From positions 152,767 through 216,766 of the forward strand of contig NIVC01001976.1 of assembly GCA_002269645.1 (NCBI GenBank): a stretch of DNA of 64,000 bases. The letters run 5' to 3'. This DNA comes from Macrostomum lignano (taxonomy: Eukaryota). The position numbers and the translations under genes were made by a program. Each line of letters begins with the position of its first letter. Position 1 is the stretch's first letter. This document shows, piece by piece, positions 1 through 12,195 of the stretch. A model generated the notes under the pieces. That model was not told the origin of the DNA, made no database searches, and saw nothing but the letters and a program-made list of their open reading frames with translations.

Positions 1-87
1 TTCACTGCCGCATTGCACCTTCCAACATGCTGGCAGCTTGGGGAAAAAATTCCAGCGAAACTCAGCAGGGTTGAGATGGGTTGGACT

Positions 88-825
88 GAGTGCTGCAGCA
101 GCTGCACTCTCAGCTCTCCTGCTTGAGATGCCAGTCTGAGTGCTGCAGCAGCTGCACTCTCAGCTCTCCTGCTTGAGATGCCAGTCTGAGTGCTGCAGCA
201 GCTGCACTCTCAGCTCTCCTGCTTGAGATGCCAGTCTGAGTGCTGCAGCAGCTGCACTCTCAGCTCTCCTGCTTGAGATGCCAGTCTGAGTGCTGCAGCA
301 GCTGCACTCTCAGCTCTCCTGCTTGAGGTGCCAGTCTGAGTGCTGCAGCAGCTGCACTCTCAGCTCTCCTGCTTGAGGTGCCAGTCTGAGTGCTGCAGCA
401 GCTGCAATCTCAGCTCTTCTACTTGAGATGCCAGTCTGAGTGCTGCAGCAGCTGCACTCTCAGCTCTCCTGCTTGAGGTGCCAGTCTGAGTGCTGCAGCA
501 GCTGCACTCTCAGCTCTCCTGCTTGAGATGCCAGTCTGAGTGCTGCAGCAGCTGCAATCTCAGCTCTTCTACTTGAGATGCCAGTCTGAGTGCTGCAGCA
601 GCTGCACTCTCAGCTCTCCTGCTTGAGATGCCAGTCTGAGTGCTGCAGCAGCTGCAATCTCAGCTCTTCTACTTGAGATGCCAGTCTGAGTGCTGCAGCA
701 GCTGCACTCTCAGCTCTCCTGCTTGAGATGCCAGTCTGAGTGCTGCAGCAGCTGCACTCTCAGCCCTCCTGCTTGAGATGCCAGTCTGAGTGCTGCAGCA
801 GCTGCACTCTCAGCTCTCCTGCTTG
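88..825. repeat. 50-bp minisatellite, ~15 copies (intron 2 of gene 1)
   Basis: GAGTGCTGCAGCAGCTGCACTCTCAGCTCTCCTGCTTGAGATGCCAGTCT recurs at 88, 138, 188 ... 788. Confidence 0.97.
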
Positions 826-879
826 TTCTGTCCATCCAACTCTGAGCAAGTCACCCACACGCATCTCGGATCATTCCAG

Positions 880-1241
880 GCTCTCAGACGACTCCAAGCA
901 AGACATGCGCCTGAGCAAGTGGCTGCATCGACTGCTCAGCGATGCGGGATTCACCGAGCAGAGAGCAAAGTGTCAGCAGAGACTGGCTCGCTGGCTCGAA
1001 GAAGTCGCTCGAGTCCTTGCACAGGATGGCAGGCAGATGACGGGCAGCTACGTAGAGGGCTGGGCCAACAGTCTGGTGCAAGTGAACGGCAGGACAGCTG
1101 CAGACTCGGACATTGACTGGACTGTGCTGGTTGATGGGCAAGAGTTCCATCTGGAAGGTGTCTGCAAAGGATATGGTTCCTGCCGAGACGCCACTCGGCT
1201 GAAGGTCACGGAGGGCCACGCACAGGTGGCAGTGGGAGCAG
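880..1241 (+). CDS. Gene 1 exon 3: N-lobe of cGAS/Mab-21-like nucleotidyltransferase (cGLR)
   Basis: Acceptor TCATTCCAG|G (exon starts 880), donor GCAG|GTGAGT (intron starts 1242); 362 nt = 1+360+1. Encodes MTGSYVEGW...AADSDIDWTV (GS and DxD motifs). Confidence 0.85.
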
Positions 1242-1802
1242 GTGAGTGAGGCTGGGTTCATCCTCAGAATGCTGAGATCCGCATGCAACTGGAAGCCCAT
1301 TAACTTTGCTCAATTTTAAATTTGCAATGGAGTGGCGCCCAGCCTCCAGCAGCTTCTGTGACTGCGAATGTCGGCTTGGGTGCTGAAACAAGCGGCAGGC
1401 GAAATTGAAAAGAAAACTCTGATGCGCACTCGTAGATACTGCTGAATCATTGTCGTGTTTTAATATAGGAATGTACATCTCGCTTTATATGTACATTTAT
1501 GCCAACAACTCTATCGTTCACTGCCCCGCGGAGCTTTCGTGTTTTTTATCCCACACTGCCAAATACCGTGGGTTTCACAGATACGAGTAGTACTTGTCTA
1601 AAGAGGTATTCAGCTATCTTTATTCTGGTCGAATGAATTATCGAGCTTTGAAACTACCGAACTGAAGCTCTACATTGCGCGCTTTTCTTTATTATTCTTA
1701 TCAAGTCTTCAAGTCAATTATATCTTTTTGATAATTACAAACCGGGTTTCGTTTTAAAAATAAGAAAATTGAGTGGAAACTTCCACCTTTTAGGTTGGAA
1801 AG

Positions 1803-1972
1803 TGTTGTACTTTTCGTAGTAATGGAGACGAATGCAAGGTGCCGAGTTAGGAAGAGATCGTAGATGCATGCAGCGCGTATATTTTTTCCAGCAGCAAAGT
1901 AGCTGGCTGCTATACTTAAAATAGGAATAAGGCTTCACCCATAAACCATAGAACTTAAGTTCATACACAACA
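1803..1972 (-). repeat. 3' LTR of Mag-like element
   Basis: Direct repeat of 6971-7140, adjacent to the PPT. Confidence 0.95.
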
Positions 1973-2044
1973 CCCCCACATTTTAGCAATTAACCTGGAG
2001 AGAAATAAATGACTGTTTTCTATTTTGTCTAACGATCAAATAAA

Positions 2045-2809
2045 TCAGGAATAGGTCAGCCGATCAGGGGCTTTTCGGAGCCTCTGACTTCGACGAGAAA
2101 CTTGGTACTCGGGACTTTGATCGCTGGTTGTCTCCACTTCAGCAGGAGTCGTAGTCTCCATTTCCTTCTCCTTGCTGCTGCCAACATTGGCAGGTCTAGG
2201 CGAGGTAATCTCTTGTGAGTTCTCTGTAGTCCTTGGCGTTGCATCAGATGCATGGACAACCCGTCCTTTGCTGTCCAAGTAGGTATTTGATCCATGAAGT
2301 TCTTGGATTTCTTCTGGGACCTTGTCTGACTTTCCTTCGACGTTGATGTAGACAGGAATTGGGGTAGTTAGCGGTTTGTCCCATTCTGTAAAGGTTGCAG
2401 TGAGGCGCGTTCTTGGGCGTTGCATAAACAGTTGTGCAGCAGGAATCGCTCCTTCGGAATTCGGTGTAGTGTTCTTCGAAAGGCAGAATGATATCAACAC
2501 CTTCTCACATTCGGAACCTATGTCATTACTGTTCTGCTTCAGAGTCACTTTCAACTCTTGGATAGCTCTCTCCACAATCCCATTTGACTGGTGATGACCA
2601 GGTGGTGTTAGGACGTGGTTAATTAGATTCTTCTTGAGAAATTCTGCGAACTCTTTTGATCGAAAATTGGTTCCATTGTCAGTCACAATGCACGTTGGAA
2701 GTCCCATGTTCTTAAATGTTCGTCTGCATGCTGGAATAAGAGAGTTGGCTGTGAGATTTGACAGCTGATGTACATCAATCCACCGAGAGAACGAGTCGAT
2801 GAGAACCAA
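2045..2809 (-). pseudogene. pol: Integrase core of Mag-like element
   Basis: LIDSFSRW, IVTDNGTNF, SNGIVERAI (D,D35E). Joined to the upstream pol frame by a 1-bp frameshift near 2820. Confidence 0.9.
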
Positions 2810-4421
2810 GAAGTGTTTCTCCTTTGAAATATGCTATGTCCAGATGAACACGTTCGAAGAAGAACTTTGAATCCTCCCATGAATGCAGATTTGCATTTGT
2901 TCGCTTTCTCGAATTTAGTTGGCAGGAAGGACACCTTTGAACGAAGCTATTGATCTGGGCGTCAATGTAAGGCCACCAGAAGTACTCTCGAGCTAGTCTG
3001 ATCATGCGCACAATGCCCGGATGATTCTCGTGAAGAATTTGAAGACTTTCTTTGCGCATGGACTTTGGAGGCACGATTCGGATCCCTTTAAACAGAATCC
3101 CGTTTTGAATGGAGTATTCCGCCTTGGATTTGGTGTACGGAAGAAGCTGTTTAGAAATGTAGCTTGGCCAACCTTGAGTAACAAACTTCTTGATAATATC
3201 AATTTCAGGGTCTCTGGTGTTGGCGACACGCCGAAGAATTGTCCCAGAAGAAGAAAATTCTACGAGAGAGTTTACCTCCAGCAGATTGACATCAAATTTT
3301 GAAAACGAAGTAGAAGCGTTTGTTGAAGGAATTCTGGACAGAGTATCTGCTGCGAGCATGGTGTCTCCCTTTGAGTAAGTGACGGTGTAGTCATAGGATC
3401 TGAGCAGCAATGCCCATCTCTGGAGTCTCGCAGAAACTCGGTCAGGAACTTTCGTTGTAGAGAAGATGTACTGCAAAGGTCTGTGATCAGAGATGATGGT
3501 AAAATGACGGCCTGCCAGAAATTGATGAAAATATTTTAAACCCTCGATGATTGCAAGAGCCTCCCGCTCAATGCGATAGTTGGCGTCAGCCTTGGTCAAA
3601 ACTCTGCTTCCCAGCCATACAACTTCTTTTTGGTTCGTGTCGTGGGACAGCACAAATCCTACTCCACTCTGAGAAGCGTCGCAGGTTAGAAACAACGGCC
3701 TCTTTATATCATAAGAAACGATTCGACCTTCCGTTACAGCAGCTTTCAGTTGGGAGAACGCACCTGAGTGAACGACGGTCCATTTCCACTGAACCCCTTT
3801 CTTTAGGAGGTAATAGAGCGGCTTGGCGATCATAGAGAAATTCCGACAAAAAATCCCGTAGTGTCTTAAGGTGCATATAGCACTTCTCAATTGATCCCGG
3901 TCCTTTGGCTCTGACAAGTTGGATAGAGCTTCCACTCTTGCAGGATCAGGCAGAAGTTTCCCATCTCGGAGGAGAAGTCCCAAAAATTTGACTTCTTTCT
4001 TGCACTCCTGAGTCTTACGCTCATTGATCTTGAATCCATGCTTTTTCAGTTTTTCCTTGACTTGCACCAGGATCTGTCGATGCTGCTCCACTGTTTCAGT
4101 GCCTAGAATGATGTCGTCCTGATAAGAAGCAGTGCCTGGTATTCCTTTGAGCAAGATATCCATAACTTCCTGAAATATCAGTGGTGCTGCCGATATCCCA
4201 AATTGTAACTTGCGGAAGGCAAAATGCCCTACGTGGGTGGAAATACACGTAAAATCCTGACTTTCTGGCGTTAGGGAAATCTGCAAGAATGCGTCTTCGA
4301 GGTCGAGCACTGAATACACTTTCGAATTTGGGATCTTTTGAAGGATTTCTTTCAAAGTTGGCAGTCGATATCGATCTCTCGGTCTATCAGTCTGTTGAGA
4401 GTGACTGAATAGTCTCCACAC
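2775..4421 (-). pseudogene. pol: RT, RNase H and integrase HHCC finger of Mag-like element
   Basis: LDLEDAFLQI, LQFGISAAP, YQDDI; TCDASQSGVG, EREALAII, SDHRPL, ADTLSR; HENHPG...CPSC. An extra GA near 4378 shifts the frame from the gag-PR ORF. Confidence 0.92.
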
Positions 4422-5704
4422 AGTCTAATGGGTCTCTTTGATCCTTCTGGTTTCAACACAGGAACAATAGGGCACGATACCTTAGGCGAGTGAACTGGGT
4501 AGATGATACCTGCACTTTCCAGTCCTTTCAGCTCCAGTTCAACCAAAGTTTTAATTGAGAACGGAAGGGATCTGGCAGGAAAGCACATTCCATCGTCCTT
4601 CAGGCGAAAGCTGGCCTGGAATCTTGAATTTTCATCACACTGCACTGGATGGCACAGAAATTCGTCTACCGTCAATAGGTTGAAGGCACGAATAAAATTT
4701 ATTCCCAAAATGGCTTGACTGGATGGGTCCCCGACATATATGTCTCCGCATGCCGTTTTGCCATTTCTCAGCTCAATCGTGACGTCCTTAGCCATGCCTC
4801 GTACGGAAACTGAAGCTCCCCCGAAAACTTTGAGTGATCGAATGTCCGCGTCAACCATGTGCAATCCGGCTTGCTCTACGATGGTTACTGGCAAAATTGT
4901 TACCTGACTACCAGAGTCGACGCACATATGGACTGTGGAATCACCGATCGTGCAGACTATTTTCCAGAGTTCGTCGCATGGAGTAGCCTTGATCACCGAG
5001 TACACAGCTGAATCAGGTGGGTCAGCGTCGGTTGCTTCAACTTCCGCGTACGTGACTTTCTTGCTGCTACCGATGTTGGACCTGCATGCTCTGGCAATGT
5101 GCCCGGTTTTTCCGCACTTGTGACATGTCACATTACGGAGCTTGCAGGTATTTCTAAGATGACCCGGGTTACCACAGGAATGGCAGCTAGACTTAGAATG
5201 ATTCGGCGCTGTTGGCATTGGCCTGGATACCGTTGGATACTTTTGGTTGCTGCCGGTCTTCTTGTGAGTGGTTTTCTGCATTGCTGCGACGGTTTTGCTC
5301 GAATCAGTAGCTTGAGATACGGACTCCGATAAGAGACTATCCTTAACCGCAGTCTCTAGATCCAGCTTTTCCTTCACTAGTAATTTTTGCTTCAGAGAAT
5401 TATCAGCCAGTCCGAAAATATACTGAGAAAGAATTAACTCTTCTCGCAGGTTGCCGAATTCGCATTTGTTGGCTTGTGTCTTCAGTCTCTCCAAAAACTT
5501 TGTCACCGACTCACCCTGTATTTGGACCATAGTATGTAGCAGATGTCTGTCGTAGTGAAGAAGGCGCTTGGGTTTCAATTGGCTCAGTGCCGCTTCTTTG
5601 ATGAAATCGAACGTACACTTTGTATCGTTTAAAATGTCTTCTGGCTGCACAAGTGTCTCAATCAGTGAAAATGCGGCATCACCACAAGTAGCAATTAGAA
5701 CGGC
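4352..5704 (-). pseudogene. gag: Gag (two CCHC knuckles), protease and RT N-terminus of Mag-like element
   Basis: CHSCGNPGHLRNTC, CHKCGKTGHIARAC, protease VDSGSQVT, RLCGDY. The N-terminal part lies at 6784-6874. Confidence 0.9.
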
Positions 5705-6783
5705 TGATGTGTTCCTTATTACCCGACTTTTGGTAATCAAAGAACACTCACTTCTAGCTCAGTAGCTAGGCAACCCAGTACGTCAACAGAAGGTATTTAA
5801 TTACCTTGAGTCCTTAAGTGAGAGCTCTCGTCAATACTCCTTGTTCGTTGATCTCGCTATCTGTAGCGTTCCTGTCCTTCAGGAATTCCGGGCGCCGGTC
5901 AACAGTTGATCTGGTCCGCTCTTGCAATGGTCTCCTTGACTTCTTGCCGGCCGGTTATCTGTAGTTCGGACCAATCGGAAGCTTCCAAATTAACAATGGG
6001 TACCCTGCGCCAAACTGCGGTTTAATGTAAGCCTACTCCTTCTAGTAGTGCCTCTATGCACTCCAGGTATGGCTCCGGAAACCACTGATAGTCTTCTAAG
6101 ATCTATCAGGGGCAGTCCTTCTGGAGACTGCAACCAGTAGAGTCTAAACAGACTCAGGAGTCTCAACAGACTCACAATAAACTCAAGTCACTCTTGGACT
6201 TGAGCGAGACGTCTCAACCAACAGGCGCAAATGAGTAAGGCTTACCGCAAGAACCCGACCACGTCTTCGAGTTGCTTCAGGAAGTCTGCTGCAGAGCTTC
6301 CTCTTCGGAGCTTTCTCTCTCGGAGATTCTGTGGCTCCGGGTCCGTTCCGGACCACTTGTATTTATAGGCAAATGGACCCCCATGAGGTCACGTGGGTCC
6401 TACTCTTCAGCTGTCAAAAAGGTCACGGTTTGGTTGCTGTCAAACTTGGCAGGGTAGAAAGTTACTCCATTGGTTCAGTGTAAAAGCGCGTGATTGGTCA
6501 TCGCATTCGAGTTATTTTTAGTTACATTTGATTGGGTCACGTGCGTACGGTTGAATGATGCATCTTTCCTGGGGTTTGCGTTCGACACGTACAGGTTACA
6601 CGTGATTGGGTGATTTCTAAATTTAGCATGCTCAAGGTCTCTCTTTTTCTATTGGTTAGTCAGAATATACTTATAATTCAAAGCATACTTTTATTCATGC
6701 TCTTCAACTTACTACTGAATAAAATGTGTGAGTAGTACGTTAACACTTTTATGTCTTTTTTACGGGAGGTAGAACACTCTACA
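5705..6783. mobile_element. Solo-LTR-like element (1,079 bp) nested in gag
   Basis: TGATGTG...CTCTACA termini with 4-bp TSD CGGC (5701-5704, 6784-6787). Removing it rejoins gag in frame. Confidence 0.85.
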
Positions 6784-6874
6784 CGGCTTTGCTCTGGTCA
6801 TTCTTTTCCGTTGCGCTAATGTAAAAACCGAGGCGCTTGAAATACTGTTCGACATCGGGGTAGCACAGCGGCAT
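6784..6874 (-). pseudogene. gag: Gag N-terminal segment
   Basis: MPLCYPDVEQYFKRLGFYISATEKNDQSKA(V) continues into LIATCGDAAFSLI once the insert is excised. Confidence 0.75.
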
Positions 6875-6970
6875 CTCCCCCCAGTCGGAAGTCGAGTCCG
6901 GAAGACATCGGAATGAAGATTTGGTGACTGCAGTATCGTCCCCCGGAGAATTAAATTTTCCTCGTCGCCA

Positions 6971-7140
6971 TGTTGTACTTTTCGTACTAATGGAGACGAA
7001 TGCAAGGTGCCGAGTTAGGAAGAGATCGTAGATGCATGCAGCGCGTATATTTTTTCCAGCAGCAAAGTAGCTGGCTGCTATACTTAAAATAGGAATAAGG
7101 CTTCACCCATAAACCATAGAACTTAAGTTTATACACAACA
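6971..7140 (-). repeat. 5' LTR of Mag-like element
   Basis: Direct repeat of 1803-1972, adjacent to the PBS. Confidence 0.95.
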
Positions 7141-7293
7141 GAAAGGAAAGGTAATTTAAATTAACTGTTAATCCTCTAAGTTCTATAGCAGTCGAGAGAA
7201 AATATTGTTGTTTTAAATGATATTTCATTAGTTTCAACCAACCCATCTTCTTCACTCGCCACAAAGCGACTCTCCGCTCACTGCGCCCTGCAG

Positions 7294-8957
7294 GCAACCA
7301 ACCTGCAGTGAGAGCCACGGCGTGCGGTGTGCGGCCTGCACAGGACACGTGCCATGCGATCAAGTGCTGCAGCAGTTTCTGTGAGGTCAGGATTAGAAAA
7401 CTGATTGATGACACATATATTCCAGTTCACCTCGTTCGGGCGACCAGACCGAGCTCGACCAACGAGCTCAGAGTGAGCTTCAGCTTCCAAGAGAAACACA
7501 TCATGAGACGGCTGAGCACAGTCCAGGGCCAGCTGTTCACACTCATCAAGTTCATCTTCAAGAGACACTTGCCGCTCACTCTGGACACACCTGGACTCAA
7601 GACCTACCATGCAAAGACTCTGCTCTTCACAATGCTAGAGAGGCATGGCACAGATCCTGAAACTGAGGCTTGGCAGCCCCACAATCTGATCACTCTGCTC
7701 AAGGAGTCTCTCGACATGATGCTGAGCTTCATCGACTCAAGCAGCTCGCCCGATGAGTGCATGCCGCACTTCTTCATGCCCGACGCTCCGCTCTACTTCA
7801 AGAACGCTGGAATCGGTGGCGACTTTGACAACACAAAGGCGAGGATTCGAGACCGACTTTGTGAGCTGAGAAGCGACATCGGCGGAGTGGTCGAGCAGCT
7901 GAGGAGTCTCGTGAGACCTCTCCAGCCAGAGAAGTTCTACTTTCACCCGTTCACTCTGCTGCCTCTGAGTGCGCCGCCTGCTGTCACGGAGGAAAGGGAC
8001 AGTAGATACTATATACTAGAGAAATTCCGGTTCGAACACGTGTACAGTGTGGTGCATCAGTGTGTGAGCGAGCTGCAGTCGGAATCGAGCGACAGAGATA
8101 CCCTGATGAGGCAGCTCAGTCTCCTGCATGAGCTGCAGTGGTGCAAGTGCGCCGCCCTGTGCATGACCGTCATGGCGCATTTGAAGTTTGGAGAATCTGA
8201 GAAGGCTGAGAGACTCGCGATGGAGCTGCAGAGACATCAGGTTGAGTCAGGGTTGAAGCCACAGGATATTCAAGTATATGACTTGCCAAAAGACTCAGAC
8301 TGGGCGTGGAGGTTCTGCCTCCCCTGCGACTCTCCGCCTCGCTTCCCATTCCTTCCCGAGTTCACGCAGACTCTGTTCACAGCCAGACTGTCGCAGCCTC
8401 TCTCCTCCCACCTGTACGTGAACTTCCGCTGCCTGAGCTGGAGTCTCCAAGCTGAGCTGCTCCGCAATCCCGCACCTGCAATTGAACTGGAGGATTGGAA
8501 GCGAGAGCTGGAAGATGAGCCGGACTTGGAGGAGCTGCTCACTCTGGCTCACTACAGCGACTGCCGCGAGCACGTGGAGCTCAGCCTTCAGCAGATGGAG
8601 ATGATCGAGGAAGAGAGACGCGTCACCATGGAGACGCAGGACGAGGAGAAGATCGGCTGGGTCAGGCAGAAGAGGTGGCGAGTTTCGAACCGCAGCGGCA
8701 GCGACAGCGGCGCTCACCGCAGCAGGGAAGATGAGGAGCGGAGGCTGTGGGCGAGGGCGAGGCTGCGTCGAGACGGCGGGGCCGACTTTGGGCGCCTGGT
8801 TGCCATGGAAACTGCAGCGGAGCAGAGAGACAGCTGGACTCACGCCAAGCTCAGTCGGATGAGACTAGAGAAGCTGGAGAGACTTGATGCAGCAGCCGGA
8901 GTCCTCAAAGTCGAGTCGCAAAGTCGAGGTCGGAAAAGGAAGGCCGAGTCAGACTGA
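7294..8957 (+). CDS. Gene 1 exon 4: Mab-21/cGAS C-lobe plus helical tail
   Basis: Acceptor CCCTGCAG|GC gives G|GC in frame with ORF 7308..8957. Motifs QDTCHAI, LRVSFSFQEKHIM, LIKFIFK, LKTYHAKTLLF, MPHFFMP. Ends RGRKRKAESD*. Confidence 0.88.
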
Positions 8958-9419
8958 CTGCGTGGTGCGGTGTTCCGTACTGACACAAATTTCATGTAAT
9001 TTTGGTTTGTTCAATCGAACTGTTTATTTTGCTGCATGCTGGGTTGATGAGGGTTCTGCGCGTTCTGCCAATTTCTGTCTAATTTAGCAACTGAAATGCT
9101 GCTTTGTTTTCTCTGCTTTTTTAGGAAATGAGCACATGGAGAGCTATCGAGTGCGAGCAGCCCTCCTGCTATGAACTGCAGTTTTGCACATTTGTTGAAC
9201 TCATAATTTTGTAAGCTTCTTTGGCTTTTGCGTGAGCTGTTTGAGAAATTTTACTCTATTTATTTCTGACATATTTCAGATGCACTCTTGTGTCTTAAGA
9301 ATTTGTTGTCCGTTCTCTTTGGTTTTTTAAGTACCAGTTTTGAGTACTTTCTCAATCAGCCTTCAAATTTATTACATCATGTACTTTCATCATATTGTCG
9401 TGTACCCTGCAGCAACTGC

Positions 9420-10000
9420 CAGCCTGACAGCTACCTCATGAACATTCACTGACTGACAGCCTGACATCTGTTTTATGAACATTCACTGACTGACAGCCTG
9501 ACAGCTCCCTAATGAACATTCAGTGACTGACAGCCTGACAGCTCCCTAATGAACATTCAGTGACTGACAGCCTGACAGCTCCCTCATGAACATTCAGTGA
9601 CTGACAGCCTGACAGCTCCCTAATGAACATTCAGTGACTGACAGCCTGACAGCTCCCTCATGAACATTCAGTGACTGACAGCCTGACAGCTCCCTCATGA
9701 ACATTCAGTGACTGACAGCCTGACAGCTCCCTCATGAACATTCAGTGACTGACAGCCTGACAGCTCCCTCATGAACATTCAGTGACTGACAGCCTGACAG
9801 CTCCCTCATGAACATTCAGTGACTGACAGCCTGACAGCTCCCTCATGAACATTCAGTGACTGACAGCCTGACAGCTCCCTCATGAACATTCAGTGACTGA
9901 CAGCCTGACAGCTCCCTCATGAACATTCACTGACTGACAGCCTGACATCTCCCTCATGAACATTCAGTGACTGACAGCCTGACATCTCTTTTATGAACAT
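9420..10000. repeat. 37-bp minisatellite, ~15 copies
   Basis: GACAGCCTGACAGCTCCCTCATGAACATTCAGTGACT; about 6 copies in unit B (35188-35432). Confidence 0.95.
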
Positions 10001-10704
10001 CAGCTCCGTCATGAAATTTTATTTTGTTTTTTATTTCTGTTTCATATTTGTCAGAAAACGATATGAATGATAAAATTCCCTAATGTGTACTTCTGCACTA
10101 GAAGGTTTATATTATGTTTACCTGATTGTTACAGTTCGAAAATAGATTTGAAAATAATGGAAGAATTCGTGCATGAAGTCTCGAAATTTTCGACTTTTGC
10201 CCATAATGCTGCCTTTAAAGTGCGGCAAAGAGTTTTTTGGTTAAGGAAACTAAATTTGATTTTTTACGGCGGCACAACACGAGGATTGCATTGAATTCCG
10301 AATATAATATGATAATGATAAACCAAATCACAGGCAGATCCCTAAAGACAACAATAACACAAAACACATGGAACGCTGCGGGTCAAAAAAGGTCAGCCAG
10401 CACTTCATCAGCCAGCAGGCAGTCGACGAATCGCCTGTGGCTGCCTGCAGCGTCAACAGCAGCACCTCCTGAACTTCCGGCTGTGGGTGGCCACTCAACG
10501 CGGATGACTCGCTCTGAAGCATCTGAAGTGCAGCAGCCAGCGCCGCATCAGGCTGCGGTTCGAGCGAGTCCGTCAGAGTCCTGCGCTCGGCGTTGCCTGA
10601 GCTGCGCCGCCCTCTGACGGTCAGGCAAGGCTTCGGACTGCAGGGCCGCCCTCACACAGCCACAGGCAGCCATCATCTGTATTGATCTTCACGGACATCA
10701 GAAA

Positions 10705-11660
10705 CCACTGACTCATCTGTATTGGCGCCACTGACTCATCTGTATTGGCGCCACTGACTCATCTGTATTGGCGCCACTGACTCATCTGTATGGCGCCACT
10801 GACTCATCTGTATCGGCGCCACTGACTCATCTGTATTGGCGCCACTGACTCATCTGTATTGGCGCTACTGACTCATCTGTATTGGCGCCACTGACTCATC
10901 TGTATTGGCGCCACTGACTCATCTGTATTGGCGCTACTGACTCATCTGTATTGGCGCCACTGACTCATCTGTATTGGCGCCACTGACTCATCTGTATGGC
11001 GCCACTGACTCATCTGTATCGGCGCCACTGACTCATCTGTATTGGCGCCACTGACTCATCTGTATTGGCGCCACTGACTCATCTGTATTGGCGCCACTGA
11101 CTCATCTGTATTGGCGCCACTGACTCATCTGTATTGGCGCTACTGACTCATCTGTATTGGCGCCACTGACTCATCTGTATTGGCGCCACTGACTCATCTG
11201 TATGGCGCCACTGACTCATCTGTATCGGCGCCACTGACTCATCTGTATTGGCGCCACTGACTCATCTGTATTGGCGCCACTGACTCATCTGTATTGGCGC
11301 TACTGACTCATCTGTATTGGCGCCACTGACTCATCTGTATTGGCGCTACTGACTCATCTGTATTGGCGCCACTGACTCATCTGTATTGGCGTCACTGACT
11401 CATCTGTATGGCGCCACTGACTCATCTGTATTGGCGCTACTGACTCATCTGTATTGGCGCCACTGACTCATCTGTATTGGCGCCACTGACTCATCTGTAT
11501 TGGCGCCACTGACTCATCTGTATTGGCGCTACTGACTCATCTGTATTGGCGCCACTGACTCATCTGTATTGGCGTCACTGACTCATCTGTATGGCGCCAC
11601 TGACTCATCTGTATCGGCGCCACTGACTCATCTGTATCGGCGCCACTGACTCATCTGTAT
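10705..11660. repeat. 23-bp minisatellite, ~41 copies
   Basis: CCACTGACTCATCTGTATTGGCG; contains TGACTCA and ATTGG. Confidence 0.97.
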
Positions 11661-11661
11661 C

Positions 11662-11790
11662 CGGTTGCTAAGGAAATCATCAAGCTAATCCGTTTGCTAA
11701 GGAAATCATCAAGCTTATCCGGTTGCTAAGGAAATCAAGCTTATCCAGTTGCTATGGAAGTCATCAAGCTGATCCGGTTGCTAGGGAAAT
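11662..11790. repeat. ~28-bp repeat, ~5 copies, inverted relative of the 24-bp array at 12722
   Basis: GGTTGCTAAGGAAATCATCAAGC... resembles the reverse complement of GATTCCCTAGCAACC. Confidence 0.8.
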
Positions 11791-12195
11791 CCTGTTTCTA
11801 TAGCAACGCTGCGTAAATCGAAAGCTGGTAATGCTTCTTAGAAACATTGCTCAAACCCGAACAATTCTGCAACCCAGCTTCATTCCCCTGCATCATTCAC
11901 AACCAGAAATTCGAACCAATGAACGATATGAGCCATAAGAAAATGCTCATAACTTTAGGAACAGGGATGGTCAAGGGCACCTGCTCGTGTCACCTGGCCG
12001 AGGCTGGACGGCAACGAGAGGACCCGATGAGAGCCTGGAGCGAGGGGACCAAAGTCAAGAAGTTGGCCCTAACATTGCGGACGCCAGCCTCTGTCAAAGA
12101 CACCCACCGCAGCTCGGCTCGCACCAGCAGCAGCATCAAGGATCTCAGCAGTGCGTACATCAGCAATGAGCCGATCAGCCCAGGACAGCAAGACC

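Larger units (their letters stand above)
1803..7140 (-). mobile_element. Full-length Ty3/gypsy LTR retrotransposon, Mag-like, in intron 3 of gene 1
   Basis: 170-bp LTRs at 1803-1972 and 6971-7140 (TGTTG...CAACA, 2 mismatches). 5-bp TSD GAAAG (1798-1802, 7141-7145). PBS TGGCGACGAGGA (6959-6970) matches the 3' end of tRNA-Ser(GCU). PPT-like AAAATGTGGGGG (1973-1984). Order is gag-PR-RT-RNaseH-IN. Confidence 0.95.

Noticed and set aside
740-879. N-terminus of ORF 740..1249 (MLQQLHSQPSCLRC...)
   Set aside because: Read-through from the 50-bp satellite; lies upstream of the conserved acceptor.
5705-5740. Apparent gag start MITKSRVIRNTS
   Set aside because: Derived from the nested insertion; the gag N-terminus is at 6784-6874.
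7278-8843. Antisense ORFs over exons 3-4 and the ankyrin arrays in all copies
   Set aside because: Shadow ORFs of GC-rich or repetitive coding sequence; the sense frame carries the conserved motifs.
740-8957. Bacterial CD-NTase/CBASS operon interpretation
   Set aside because: The domain is split by GT-AG introns, has metazoan Mab-21 C-lobe motifs, and no effector or Cap genes are adjacent.
10237-10680. GC-rich conserved block with ORFs on both strands (also 11847-12254)
   Set aside because: Near-identity between units gives no codon-level signal, and I recognise no domain or splice framework; an unrelated small exon cannot be excluded.
88-11660. CRISPR-like appearance of the 50-, 37- and 23-bp arrays
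   Set aside because: Contiguous tandem units with no unique spacers, no cas genes and a eukaryotic context.
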